DNA of 64,000 nt from a virus (IMGVR_UViG_3300037755_000886:19820-83819), one strand, 5' to 3'; numbered from the stretch's first letter, positions 8,892-18,363 are shown. Notes: generated by a model not told the origin, from the letters alone. Numbers and translations: made by a program.

Positions 8892-9706
8892 GCGCCGCCC
8901 TCGATCGGGAACCCGCCGCTAACGAGCGCGGCGATCACGACGTCCCGGTTGAGGGGGTCGAGGATGATGGCGAGCGCCACCGACCCGGCGGTGCGGTCGT
9001 CCTGGGCGAGGCAAGAGGCGACGTACTCGCCGTCGATCAGGTCGATGAGGGCCTGGCGGCGTTCGCGGTCCTCGGCCTCGATCTCGTCGAGGGCGCGCAT
9101 GGCGATCTCGCGCATCTCGGGATCAACGGTCGGGGCGAAGGCGCCACACCTGTCCGCCTGGCGCTGCTCTTCTTCGACAGCGGCGAGGAACTCTGTCCGG
9201 TGCTGGTCGGCCTGGTCCTTGCGGCCCTCGGCGAACGCCGCGGTCTGGGCTTTGTCGAGCATCAGGCGGATGGCATCGATCAGGTAGACGCCCCCGGGTA
9301 GCTCACCGAGGCGTTCGGCAAGCAGGGCGTGCAGGTCGAGGTCGAAGGCGCCCCAGTCGGCCAGCGCAGCGTTCGCCTCGGCCAGCTCGTCACTGGCGCA
9401 CGCCCGGCCGGCGAGCGCTCCCTGGGTCAGGTCGAAGAGGACGTCGAGGGCATGCTGCGTTCGGGCATGGCTGGCCCGCTCGCCGTCGAGGTCGGCGGTC
9501 AGTCGGACGAATCGTCGAGCGACTGTCTCGTCGCGTCGGGCGTCGGGGGGATCGATGGGCGTGCTGGCGCCCTGGACGGTGAAGGCCTCGCAGGCGCACT
9601 GGAGGCCCGCTGGGAACCCGACGGCGCCACCGGAGCATCGGCGTCCGTCCGTCGGATGCTCGGCGAGGAGGTGCCCGCAGGTGCAGAGGTCGAGGGGATC
9701 GGTCAC
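8888..9706 (-). CDS. Hypothetical protein with N-terminal CxCxH...C zinc motif
   Basis: CTCGHLLAEH...C...CACEAF then helical region. Confidence 0.6.
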   Translation of the reverse strand: MTDPLDLCTCGHLLAEHPTDGRRCSGGAVGFPAGLQCACEAFTVQGASTPIDPPDARRDETVARRFVRLTADLDGERASHARTQHALDVLFDLTQGALAGRACASDELAEANAALADWGAFDLDLHALLAERLGELPGGVYLIDAIRLMLDKAQTAAFAEGRKDQADQHRTEFLAAVEEEQRQADRCGAFAPTVDPEMREIAMRALDEIEAEDRERRQALIDLIDGEYVASCLAQDDRTAGSVALAIILDPLNRDVVIAALVSGGFPIEGGA

Positions 9707-9969
9707 GTCGTCGCCTCCGCGTCCGGGGCGTCGTCGACATCAGCGACGTACGTGTAGCGGTCGAAGGTGGCGACGCCGTACAGCCGGTAGACCAGTGCGA
9801 CGATGGCGGCGTCGTGCCGTACGCGGGCCTCGTACTCCAGTGACACCCCGCCCATCTCCGGGTTGGTGGCGTCGAGGGCCTCGACGAGTTTCTGCAGGTA
9901 TCCCTGTGCGATCTCGCCGTCGAAGCGCGGCGGGGCGTCCGCGTTGGTGAGCACGTAGTGGCCGCTCAT
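9703..9969 (-). CDS. Hypothetical protein (88 aa)
   Basis: ATG at 9969 overlaps upstream TGA. Confidence 0.5.
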   Translation of the reverse strand: MSGHYVLTNADAPPRFDGEIAQGYLQKLVEALDATNPEMGGVSLEYEARVRHDAAIVALVYRLYGVATFDRYTYVADVDDAPDAEATT

Positions 9970-10313
9970 CAGGCGCCGGCCTTCGGGATGTGCCCGCCGG
10001 AGCGCAGGCGTCGGATGGCCCGGGCCAGGGTGGTGGCGAGGAGCGTGTGGTCGGGGTGGTCGTTGGGGAGGTGGGCGACGACGACGGTCCAGCGGCGGCC
10101 GTCGAGGCGCTCCATGCCGATCCACGAGCCGTCGAGGCGGTAGCCCGCCCCGAAGGGCACGAGGCGCACACCGTCGACCGTGCGGGTCTTGTGGCGCCGC
10201 CCGGTCTTGGGGGCCGGCTCGCGGGGCCCGGCGGGCAGGCGCCGGGGCGGGTAGCCCGGGTCGCTGTAGCCCGGCGTCGGCCTGACGAGCGTGAAGGCGG
10301 TCGGCATCGTCAC
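9969..10313 (-). CDS. Hypothetical protein
   Basis: GTG start overlapping upstream stop. Confidence 0.45.
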   Translation of the reverse strand: MTMPTAFTLVRPTPGYSDPGYPPRRLPAGPREPAPKTGRRHKTRTVDGVRLVPFGAGYRLDGSWIGMERLDGRRWTVVVAHLPNDHPDHTLLATTLARAIRRLRSGGHIPKAGA

Positions 10314-10497
10314 GGCGTCACCGCCCGACGGACAGCGGCCCACACGCGGACAATGACCGGGCGGGCGTCGACGTGCCAGCGCCCGCAGGAGCTGCACAGC
10401 GACCAGTCACACGGGACGGCGCGGGTGCGAGCGTCGGCCGCGGCGTGCAACTGCGTGGCGTACGAGACGCGCCCGGCACAGGCGTGGAGGAGGAGGC

Positions 10498-10731
10498 TCA
10501 TGACGGGCCACCTCGGCGGCGCCTCTGCGCATCGATCTTGCGCGCCGCCTTGATGACGCCGGGCCAGCGGGGGTGGCCGCCGTCGGCCGGTGGGAACTCG
10601 CGCATGTCGAGGGCGAGGGCTTCCAGGAAGCCGGAGAGGCTCACGCCCTCCTCGGCGGACACGTTGTGCCACACCTCGTGCTGGAGGGGCTCCAAGTAGC
10701 AGTGGAGGGCGAGGCGGTTCTTGGCGCCCAT
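10498..10731 (-). CDS. Small hypothetical protein, possibly RHH-like DNA binding
   Basis: LHCYLEPLQHEVW...GVSLSGFLEAL resembles ribbon-helix-helix spacing. Confidence 0.4.
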   Translation of the reverse strand: MGAKNRLALHCYLEPLQHEVWHNVSAEEGVSLSGFLEALALDMREFPPADGGHPRWPGVIKAARKIDAQRRRRGGPS

Positions 10732-10732
10732 G

Positions 10733-11095
10733 TCACGCCACCGCCTTTGCCGCTGCCCGCAGGACGGCCAGCCGGGCGCGCCACTCGGCGTTGAGCAGAT
10801 CGATCTCGGCCTCGTCGCAGGTGTCGAACCCGCGGGCGACGACGCTCCTCGCGTCGAGGTCGAGGGCCGCCATGCCGACGCCGAAGTCGCCGTAGACGTG
10901 GCCGAGGACGCAGTTGTCGGCGCGGCAGATGTCGAGCCGGTCGACGGCAATCCGGTTCAGCCAGTCGGCGGGGGCCTGGCGGCTGTTGAGGAGCGCGATG
11001 CCGGACTCGACGCGCTGGTCGATCGGCGGGAACGTGGGGGTGGGGGACGGGTTTTCGGGCGCGGTTAAGCCGGGCATCATCGGGGGTTGCTCCAA
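10733..11095 (-). CDS. Hypothetical protein
   Basis: Globular-looking ORF in operon. Confidence 0.55.
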   Translation of the reverse strand: MEQPPMMPGLTAPENPSPTPTFPPIDQRVESGIALLNSRQAPADWLNRIAVDRLDICRADNCVLGHVYGDFGVGMAALDLDARSVVARGFDTCDEAEIDLLNAEWRARLAVLRAAAKAVA

Positions 11096-11110
11096 GGAGG
11101 TCGGGGCGGG

Positions 11111-11500
11111 TCAGGTTTTCGGAAGGGCGGAGGCCCGCTCCTGTGCCTGCACCGGCGGATGAAGTGCGGCAGCGAGGAGCGGGCCTCCGGGTGGCGGCCC
11201 GTCGAGGGGGGATGACGGGTCCGCCGCACGTCCGGCGGGAGAATGCCGGGCGGTCGTAGGAGGGTTGGATAGGACGTCGGCGAGGTCGGCGACGTCGAGG
11301 TGTTCGATGTCGACGTTCGCGGACCAGAGTTCGATGAGGTGGCGGCTGTAGCGGCGGCACCGCCCCTGGCCGAATGTCGACTTGTGCTGGATGCACGCGG
11401 GGACGCGGCCCTGGTCGACCATGCGCCGCCATGTCGCGGCCGTGACGCCGATCATGGCGCCGGCCTGTTCGGCGGTCAGCAGCACCGGCCGGACGGTCAT
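11111..11500 (-). CDS. AlpA/MerR-like HTH protein, candidate excisionase
   Basis: LLTAEQAGAMIGVTAATWRRMVDQGRVP; third gene of cro operon. Confidence 0.7.
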   Translation of the reverse strand: MTVRPVLLTAEQAGAMIGVTAATWRRMVDQGRVPACIQHKSTFGQGRCRRYSRHLIELWSANVDIEHLDVADLADVLSNPPTTARHSPAGRAADPSSPLDGPPPGGPLLAAALHPPVQAQERASALPKT

Positions 11501-11642
11501 GAGACGGCCCTTCGTGCGGCTGGCGGGCGCATGATCGTGGCGATGCGCTCGATCGCGGCCGGGTCGGTGACCCTGGCCGTGAGGCCCTGCGCGACCGCGG
11601 ACGCCTCGGCCCACTCGTGGCATGCGACCAGCTGGGCGTCCG

Positions 11643-12023
11643 TCATGACGCGGCCTGCAGAGGCTGGCGGCGGCGGGGCTTGCTCGCGGCGATCAGGGGG
11701 GCGGTGGTCTGCGCCTGACCGATCTCGACCCGGCGACCGGCGGGGCGGGCCGATGCTGGCGACTCGCTGTCGGTCTCGAAGTAGGGCTCGAGGATCGTCG
11801 TCCAGTCGCAGCCGACGATCTCGCAGTAGAGGGCGATCGTGGCGAGCAGGGCCGGGAGGGTTGGGACCTTGCCGAGCTCGAAGCGGGACACCTTGGTCTG
11901 GTCGGCGTTCATGAGCTGCGCCATCTGGACCTGGGTGAGTTCGGCGGCTTCCCTTGCCTCGACCATCCGTCTGCCGCTGGTCTCTTCTGGGCGAGGGGCG
12001 GGGTCGCTGTTCACACCTACCAT
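11643..12023 (-). CDS. XRE-family HTH, Cro-like
   Basis: AREAAELTQVQMAQLMNADQTKVSRFELG; divergent from repressor. Confidence 0.82.
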   Translation of the reverse strand: MVGVNSDPAPRPEETSGRRMVEAREAAELTQVQMAQLMNADQTKVSRFELGKVPTLPALLATIALYCEIVGCDWTTILEPYFETDSESPASARPAGRRVEIGQAQTTAPLIAASKPRRRQPLQAAS

Positions 12024-12069
12024 CTAAGTGTGCCACGCCTAGGTGTGTCAAGCGGAAGTTCTAGGTGTA
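12012..12069. promoter_or_regulatory. cI/cro operator region with leftward TTGACA
   Basis: CTA(A/G)GTGT at 12024, 12039, 12061; inverted copy at 12012; near-palindrome CACGCCTAGGTGTG 12034-12047; TTGACA on minus 12051-12046. Confidence 0.65.
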
Positions 12070-12130
12070 GCCCGAATCCTCAAGCTCCCTTACAATCAGC
12101 CCAGGTACCCCGCTGACGAGTAGGCGCGAT

Positions 12131-12556
12131 ATGCTTAGCCGTGTCCTGGAGCCCGGTCCAACAAGCATGACGGCGAGCGGCGACCCTCTGCCCTCGGCGA
12201 TACGAGAGGCGTACGAGGGGAAGGGGCTCAGTCAGGTTCAGGTCGCCCGACGCATGGGCGTCGACCAGACGCGGATCAGTCGGCTCGCCCTGGGGAAGTG
12301 GAAGCCGGAGAACGGCCCAGACCCGGACGTCCTCGCACGCATCGAGGAGGCCTGCGGGCGGCCACGAGGCTGGATCTTGATCGCGGCCGGCTATGTCGCT
12401 GACGTCGGCGTACTGACGGTCGAGGACGCCATCAATGCCGACCGGGCCCTAACCGAGCCCCTTCGCCAGGCGCTACTTGGCCACTACCGGGGAGCCGTCG
12501 AGAGCCTCAAGCAGAGCCTCGGCACCAGAGGCGAGGCTCGCAACGAAGGCGCGTAG
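12131..12556 (+). CDS. XRE-family immunity repressor (CI-like)
   Basis: IREAYEGKGLSQVQVARRMGVDQTRISRLALG; divergent to cro-like gene; TACAAT at 12091. Confidence 0.8.
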   Translation: MLSRVLEPGPTSMTASGDPLPSAIREAYEGKGLSQVQVARRMGVDQTRISRLALGKWKPENGPDPDVLARIEEACGRPRGWILIAAGYVADVGVLTVEDAINADRALTEPLRQALLGHYRGAVESLKQSLGTRGEARNEGA

Positions 12557-12903
12557 GTCAGAGCCCATCGCGGCTCTTGCCGTGAGATCGGCCCGCTCGC
12601 GCCGTAGGGCGTCAAGCTCCCTGCGAATCGCGTCCCACTCCGCCTGAGTGTGCACCACGTTCGGTCTTTCGGCGTCCCCGCCAGTCGTGTCCGCCACGCT
12701 GCCCGCCTCTCTCAAATCAATGCCTGTGAGGGTACCGTTTCTGACGGTCCCGTGACGCCTAGTGCTAAACGTATGGTCAACCTCGTCCCGCATGGCCGAC
12801 CTCGACGCTATCGGAGTCAACAAGATCCCTGAGGGTATCGTTGACCACTCAAGGGCAGTTGATGCATGCCCCGTGGTGCATGCCTTGGTCACTGCGGGGA
12901 CCC

Positions 12904-13197
12904 TCACAGGCCGTTGCCGATCAGTCCCCGCAGGCCGTTGAGCGCGGCCCCCAACTCGACGAGGCCATCAGCGCACTCGAACCGCGTCAGCGCCTCGTAG
13001 AACTCGCGGTCGTCGGCGGGCAGCGCATCGGCGACCGCCCACGCTTCCCGGTAGACCGCGACCGCCCGGTCGATGGCCGGCGCCAGGGCCGCCACCTCGG
13101 CGGTGGCCTCGGCCAGACGCGAGCGAAGCTCGGGGCTGAGGTCGGGGGGATCCTTCAACAGGGTCATGGCGCGTCTCCTGGCGCTGGGGGGTGCCAC
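12904..13197 (-). CDS. Hypothetical helical protein
   Basis: Divergent from GntR gene; minus-strand TATAAC at 13217-13212. Confidence 0.5.
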   Translation of the reverse strand: MAPPSARRRAMTLLKDPPDLSPELRSRLAEATAEVAALAPAIDRAVAVYREAWAVADALPADDREFYEALTRFECADGLVELGAALNGLRGLIGNGL

Positions 13198-13248
13198 ATT
13201 CCTGGTTCACGGTTATAGCTCCAACCCTGGACGAATGCCAGAGATTCA

Positions 13249-13283
13249 TTGCAATAACTGCTGTTCTGCGTATAGTGATTGCT
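13249..13283 (+). promoter_or_regulatory. Promoter TTGCAA-16-TATAGT, leaderless-type, for GntR operon
   Basis: -10 ends 7 nt before ATG 13284; GCAATAAC / GTGATTGC inverted pair flanks -10. Confidence 0.6.
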
Positions 13284-14102
13284 ATGACTCCAGTCCTCGC
13301 GGAACACCGCCCGAACTCACCGCATCGACGAGGTGCGATCTACCAGCAGATTGCCGATGACCTGCTCGAACGCATCACAGGCGGCGAGTTCCCGCCAGGG
13401 TCCCGCCTGCCAACCGAGCACCAGCTGATGGACCACTACCGGGCGTCGAGTACGACCGTCCGGGGCGCCGTGAAGGCGATCGCCGCTGCGGGAGTCGTCG
13501 AGACCCGCCACGGCGCCGGCAGTTTCGTGGTCGACCGGCTGCTCCTGTCGATCTACGCCACACACACCGAGGACCTCGACCGACGCGAGGGCATCACCGC
13601 ACAGGACTCGTGGTCAACGGACGTACTCGACGCTGGCCGTGCACCACACCAGCGGTTCGAGTGCCTGAACGTCCCGGCCACCGCCAGCGCGGCCGCGGTC
13701 CTCGGCGTCGAGGTCGACGATGCGCTCGTGAAGCGCCGGTGCTGGCGATCGGTCGACGGCGCGCCCGCGTCCATCGAGACCAGCCTGTTCCCCCGGTGGC
13801 TGGTCGAGGCCCTGCCCGAACTCGCCTCCCCCCACGACATCCGCCAGGGCACGACGTCCTACGTGGCCAAGCACGGGCACCCGATGACCCTCCACCAGGA
13901 TCACCTCTCCGCCCGCCCCTTCACCCGGGAGGAAGCCCTGTTCTTCGAGGCGCCGCCGGGCGTTGTCGGTCTCATCCGAGACCGGGTCTCCTTCGATGAG
14001 CCCGGTGGCCGCGTCCTGCGCTACATGGAGACGGTCTACCGATCGGACATGCACGAGGTCGTCTACGACGTGGCCGGCCGAGGGAATCGCCAGCTCCCAT
14101 GA
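13284..14102 (+). CDS. GntR-family regulator with UTRA domain (HutC/KorSA-like)
   Basis: YQQIADDL...GEFPPGSRLPTE..LM..Y..S.TTVRGAV..I...GVVETRHGAGSFV plus C-terminal UTRA. Confidence 0.92.
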   Translation: MTPVLAEHRPNSPHRRGAIYQQIADDLLERITGGEFPPGSRLPTEHQLMDHYRASSTTVRGAVKAIAAAGVVETRHGAGSFVVDRLLLSIYATHTEDLDRREGITAQDSWSTDVLDAGRAPHQRFECLNVPATASAAAVLGVEVDDALVKRRCWRSVDGAPASIETSLFPRWLVEALPELASPHDIRQGTTSYVAKHGHPMTLHQDHLSARPFTREEALFFEAPPGVVGLIRDRVSFDEPGGRVLRYMETVYRSDMHEVVYDVAGRGNRQLP

Positions 14103-14650
14103 CGGCGCCCACGCTGTATCTCCGGCGGGCCGTGTGCAGCGACATTGACACGATCTACGAGTGGCGCCACGAAACGTCCGCCTGGTTGGCCCGCACCCAC
14201 GACACCGACCAGTGGTCGACGCCGTACCCGCGGGCCAACCTGGAGCGCTGGGTCGATCGAGGCGAGACCTTCATGGCCGCTCTCGAATCGGCCGGCCGGC
14301 CGATCGCCACCATCACGTCGTCGTCGGAGGGGGACCCAGATCTGTGGACGCCCGGCGAGTTGGCCACGCCGGCGCGCTACGTCTCGAAGGCGAACGTCGT
14401 GCGCCAGCAGGCAGGCCGGGGCATCGGCACCACGCTCATCGCGTGGACACGCAGCAAGGCCGCGGAGGCCGGCGCCGAGCACGTGCGCATCGACGTGTGG
14501 TCGACGAACGAGAAGCTCCACGACTTCTACCGCCGACTCGGGTTCCGGCACCTGCGGACCGTCCCCGGCACGAACTCGGGCGCCTTGTTCGAGGCTCCGG
14601 CGGCCAGGGTTCCGGGGCTGCCGATCGTCGAGCGGACTGGCGGCCGATGA
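14099..14650 (+). CDS. GNAT acetyltransferase
   Basis: V.RQQAGRGIG (motif A), IDVWSTNEKLHDFYRRLGF (motif B). Confidence 0.9.
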   Translation: MTAPTLYLRRAVCSDIDTIYEWRHETSAWLARTHDTDQWSTPYPRANLERWVDRGETFMAALESAGRPIATITSSSEGDPDLWTPGELATPARYVSKANVVRQQAGRGIGTTLIAWTRSKAAEAGAEHVRIDVWSTNEKLHDFYRRLGFRHLRTVPGTNSGALFEAPAARVPGLPIVERTGGR

Positions 14651-14883
14651 GGTTCGTCGCGACGACCGTTGTCCGAACGCTGATCGTCGTAGCCACCCTC
14701 GGGCTGCTGTTCGCCGGCTACCTCGTCCTCTATCGCCTTCCCCGCGAACGCGCCGCCGACGAGTGGACCCGCTGCGCGAAACCGCACATCGTCGCCGCCG
14801 AGCGCGCCCAGCGGAACTACGACTTTCATGCCACCGAGGCGGCACTGAAGGCGGCCCAAGCTTGCGGACCACCGCCGTCGTGA
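14647..14883 (+). CDS. Small membrane protein
   Basis: N-terminal TM TLIVVATLGLLFAGYLVLY; ATGA overlap. Confidence 0.6.
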   Translation: MRFVATTVVRTLIVVATLGLLFAGYLVLYRLPRERAADEWTRCAKPHIVAAERAQRNYDFHATEAALKAAQACGPPPS

Positions 14884-15311
14884 CCCCCTGGCACCGCGGC
14901 AACGCCGAGGCGGACGCGCACGAAAACCGGTCGTGGCTCGTCGGCCATTTCAAAGCCAGCGACGACATCCGCTACGACGAGGACGTCGAGGTGAAGGTCA
15001 GCTCGCACCCCGCGGGGGACGAGCGGGCCGAGTGGTCGACCGGCGAGTGGAGGCGCACGTTCTTCATGGTGATGACCGGCAAGTGGCGCCTCGACCTCAA
15101 GCTCGAGGACGGCGACAACACCGAGACGGTCATCGCCGGGCCCGGGGACTACGTCGTCTGGGGGCCGGGCGTCGCGCACACCTACCGGGCTGAGGCGGAC
15201 TCGACGGTGATCACCGTGCGGTGGCCGTCGGTGCGGCCGACGCCGCGGCGGCCACCCTCGCGCGCAAATCTCCGGTCCAGCGGGTCCCTTCTGCCGCCTG
15301 ACCTGCGGTGA
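14880..15311 (+). CDS. Cupin-fold protein
   Basis: WLVGHF...HPAGDERAEW...GDYVVWGPGVAHTYRAEADSTVITVRWP. Confidence 0.8.
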   Translation: MTPWHRGNAEADAHENRSWLVGHFKASDDIRYDEDVEVKVSSHPAGDERAEWSTGEWRRTFFMVMTGKWRLDLKLEDGDNTETVIAGPGDYVVWGPGVAHTYRAEADSTVITVRWPSVRPTPRRPPSRANLRSSGSLLPPDLR

Positions 15312-15340
15312 CTGTCCCGCGCTGCGATGGCTGCTGCCGG

Positions 15341-15817
15341 TTAGGTGATGGTCGGGTCGTACCCGAGCGTCAGGTAGTAGCGGACCATCCCGCCGATCGG
15401 AGGGTCAGGTTCGGCGTTGAGCGCCCGGCTGACCGAGTGCGCCCGGGCGTTCTTCACGCCGCACATCCAGTACGCGTAGCCACCCGGCGACCGGGAGGCC
15501 AGTTCGTTGAGAACAGCGTCGAGTAGATCGCGGCCGAGGTGACCGCCTTGGCGATCGACGCGGACGCCGAGCACGATCACGTACCAGACCTCGCAGTTGA
15601 GGTCCTCGTCGTCGTCGTCCTGCTCGAAGGCGCAGGCGGCTACAATCTCGCCGTCATCGTCGACGACCCATGCGTCAGCGCCGGCATCACGAGCCCGAAG
15701 GAACAGCTCCGTCCGGATGAAGCGCTCGGCTTCGTGCGCGTAGGAGCCTGTCGTGGTGGCGCACTTGAACGCTCCGAGGGCTGGTAGGTCGGCTCCTTCG
15801 AGGGGCCGGATCTTCAC
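15341..15817 (-). CDS. GNAT-fold acetyltransferase (possible toxin)
   Basis: IRPL..ADL; LGVRVDRQGGHLGRDLLD motif A; N..A. Confidence 0.75.
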   Translation of the reverse strand: MKIRPLEGADLPALGAFKCATTTGSYAHEAERFIRTELFLRARDAGADAWVVDDDGEIVAACAFEQDDDDEDLNCEVWYVIVLGVRVDRQGGHLGRDLLDAVLNELASRSPGGYAYWMCGVKNARAHSVSRALNAEPDPPIGGMVRYYLTLGYDPTIT

Positions 15818-16053
15818 CGGGCGGTGATCGTCTTGTCCCTCTGGTGTCGTTCGGTGGGTGCCTGAGTGAACCGGCCGGTGCCAGGCGTGTACTTCGGCGC
15901 GGTGCCTGCCCGGATCCTGGCCTTGGCGTGGTCGGAGAGACCGTGGCGCGCCAGCATGATGTCGGGCCGCCCGGTCATGCGTCGGACCCTATGGCGAAGT
16001 CGCGCCCGTGCGCGGGCGAGGTGCATCGCCACCGCGTGCTGTTTCGTCCTCAT
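15814..16053 (-). CDS. Small basic hypothetical protein coupled to GNAT
   Basis: 4-nt overlap with GNAT start. Confidence 0.4.
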   Translation of the reverse strand: MRTKQHAVAMHLARARARLRHRVRRMTGRPDIMLARHGLSDHAKARIRAGTAPKYTPGTGRFTQAPTERHQRDKTITAR

Positions 16054-16273
16054 GGTCTCCGCCCTTCCCTCTTGCGTCCGACGTTACCGCCCAGCGCAAG
16101 CCTTGTCCTGCAACAAGCGTGCGTTACTATGGTAACGGTCGCCTGAGCGGCGTGTCCCTACCCCGTGCGCCATCCCCGGCCAGACCATGTGACATTCGGC
16201 TCATGAGCCGCCGACACGGAGGCGTGCCGCACGTCCCATGGACCGATACCCCTCCCCGGGTTACCGTCGAACC

Positions 16274-16549
16274 ATGGCGTGGGGGCAACAACGAACTTTC
16301 ATTCATGAGCTGCTTGTGACGGTGGGGGCCGCGACGGGCCTGCTCGTGATCGGCATCGCGGCGCTGTGGACCACCTTCCAGATCCGGCCGCCGTGGCCCG
16401 ACCCGGCATCGGCCCGCGGGACCGTCCCGGCCGGCACCAGGCCACCGGCGGCGCTAAGCGCCCGCCCCGCGCCCGGCACCCTCCCGCCGGGGAGCTGGCG
16501 CCCGGACCCGCGATCGGCGGACAGCGGGGGGACGCGCCCCGAGAGGTGA
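16274..16549 (+). CDS. Small membrane protein
   Basis: TM LLVTVGAATGLLVIGIAALW. Confidence 0.45.
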   Translation: MAWGQQRTFIHELLVTVGAATGLLVIGIAALWTTFQIRPPWPDPASARGTVPAGTRPPAALSARPAPGTLPPGSWRPDPRSADSGGTRPER

Positions 16550-16614
16550 ACGCTCCCCGGTGCGCTCGCCATCCTGGCCCGGGGGCCACCGCGACCGGGC
16601 CCGGGGGTCGACGG

Positions 16615-17235
16615 CTACTTCGGGAGCGTGGCGACGACGTCCTCGATCTTCTTGGCGTTGGCCGGCGTGACCTTGCCCGTGACCCGGACCAGCACCGGCC
16701 CGGCGAGATAGTCGTACTCGGTGCCGAGGATCGGCGAAGACGCCCGCATCGACGTCAGGTACTCGGAGCGCGTCTTGGCCAGTGCGGCGGTTGGGTGGAT
16801 CTCGACCGACCCGCCGCGCTCGACGGATCCCGCCGGGGCGCCCGTGTTACCGCCCGGTAGGTCGAAGGCAGCCCGGGCCTTGTACCCACCGGGCCGCCCG
16901 AGGAGTTCGTTCGGGTCGTCCTCCGGGGTGTTGATGACGACGTTGGTGGCGCCGGCCCCGGCGACCTTCGCGAGCACGGCATCGAGGCTCGGGGCGGGCA
17001 CCGTGGGGAGTGTGGTCGGCTTGGGCGGGTTGGCGATGTCGGCCTCGATGCTGGCGATGGTCTTGTCGGCGGTCTTCCTGCCTTCTTCGCCTGCGGTCGC
17101 GAAGCCGTAGATGATCCAGCCGATGGCACCGATGGCCACGGCGAGGACCGCCACGCGGACCCTGCTGACGGGCTTCTTCGGCGGAGGCTCGGACGGGTGT
17201 AGCGGAGGGTCTTCTGGGGGTGGAGGGTTCGTCAC
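16615..17235 (-). CDS. Membrane-anchored exported protein
   Basis: Pro-rich N-terminus, TM VAVLAVAIGAIGWIIYGF, extracytoplasmic domain DDPNELLGRPG. Confidence 0.75.
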   Translation of the reverse strand: MTNPPPPEDPPLHPSEPPPKKPVSRVRVAVLAVAIGAIGWIIYGFATAGEEGRKTADKTIASIEADIANPPKPTTLPTVPAPSLDAVLAKVAGAGATNVVINTPEDDPNELLGRPGGYKARAAFDLPGGNTGAPAGSVERGGSVEIHPTAALAKTRSEYLTSMRASSPILGTEYDYLAGPVLVRVTGKVTPANAKKIEDVVATLPK

Positions 17236-17285
17236 ACCGCTGACCGTACGCCCGCATGTCGCTGCGTGCGTCGGGGCCGTGCCGG

Positions 17286-18030
17286 TCAGATGAGCCCCAT
17301 CTCCTTCAGCACGTCCATGGCGGCCTCCGGGTCACGGCGGACGGCGGCCTTGAGCTGCAGCTGATACCACCGCTCCCGTGACGCGTTGAGCGGCACCTGC
17401 CAGCCTGATCGGTGCTCAACCAAGCGCTCGACGATGAGCATCTCGATCAGGTCCTCCAGGCAGGGGCGGTACCGACGCCCTCCGACGGGCAGATGCAGCT
17501 TGAAGAACTCGGCATTCGACGGCCGACGCCCGGCCATCCACCCGTGCAGAGCGTGGTTGCTGCCGTATGCGTGGAGGTGGGCCGGCGGGTAGCGGTAGTC
17601 ATCGCTGGGGGTGCGGTCGTAGTCATAGCGCAGGACCTGCTGGCTGCGATCGGAGGCGAGGTGCAGCCCGACCTCGGACGTTGCAACGGTGAGGTAGTGG
17701 CCTTCGGGGTCCATCTGGAGTCGGACGGACAGACTCAGCCAACAGCTAGGCGTGCCGCCGAGCGTGACCGGGATGAGCGACGGGATGACGCCGCTGCTGC
17801 GACTGACGCCGTAGCCGACGTACGCGGCCAGTTCTTCGGGGCGCAGGATGGCGCCGACCCGAAGGCCGGTGGTGATGGTGCCGTTGAGGAGATCGGCCAG
17901 CTCACCGGCGAAGCGGCGGGCCTCAACATCCAGGCGGTCGTTTGCCTGCGAGGGGCTTGAGGGCGAACCAGACGAGCCGCGCTTGTTCCGACTGGAACGC
18001 CTCTTCTCTCGCTTGTGCTTCGAGTTCCCC
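17286..18030 (-). CDS. Hypothetical protein, putative toxin/defence effector
   Basis: RYDYDR...YPPAHLH...LHLPVGGRRYRPCLEDLIE; start uncertain. Confidence 0.6.
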
Positions 18031-18132
18031 ATAGGTGAGGCCGATCTCGTCGAGCATCCGCTGGGCCACCTGGGCCATGTCGGCGTCGGTGACGACCTCG
18101 ACGGGCACCTGGGCAAGCTCCGTTCGAGTCAT
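17923..18132 (-). CDS. Small acidic partner protein (antitoxin-like)
   Basis: SD GGGAGAG; LTYGELEAQAREEAFQSEQARLVWF; overlaps downstream gene. Confidence 0.6.
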   Translation of the reverse strand: MTRTELAQVPVEVVTDADMAQVAQRMLDEIGLTYGELEAQAREEAFQSEQARLVWFALKPLAGKRPPGC

Positions 18133-18363
18133 GGTTCGCTCTCCCTTGGATGTCCGGGCACATGCAAAGTTGTCCACAGCACTAACAACCATCTTCGCGT
18201 AGATGATGCCGCGCTGCCATGCACAACGCGCGGTTGTAACAATGCTGATCGTCGGCTGAGACCGTCGGGACCTGAGGCTTTCCGCCATACGTGCAGTATG
18301 CGCGGGGGGTGCGACATCCCGGACGGCGAGCCCCGAAGCAACCCCGGGCCCAGGGTCGGCGGG

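Noticed and set aside
12473-12907. 144-aa minus-strand ORF overlapping the repressor 3' end
   Set aside because: No recognisable motif, overlaps a convergent gene and has an unclear start; could be a real short gene but is unsupported.
18170-18178. TTGTCCACA actinobacterial DnaA box
   Set aside because: Single copy with no cluster or AT-rich DUE; a lone 9-mer in 64 kb is plausible by chance.
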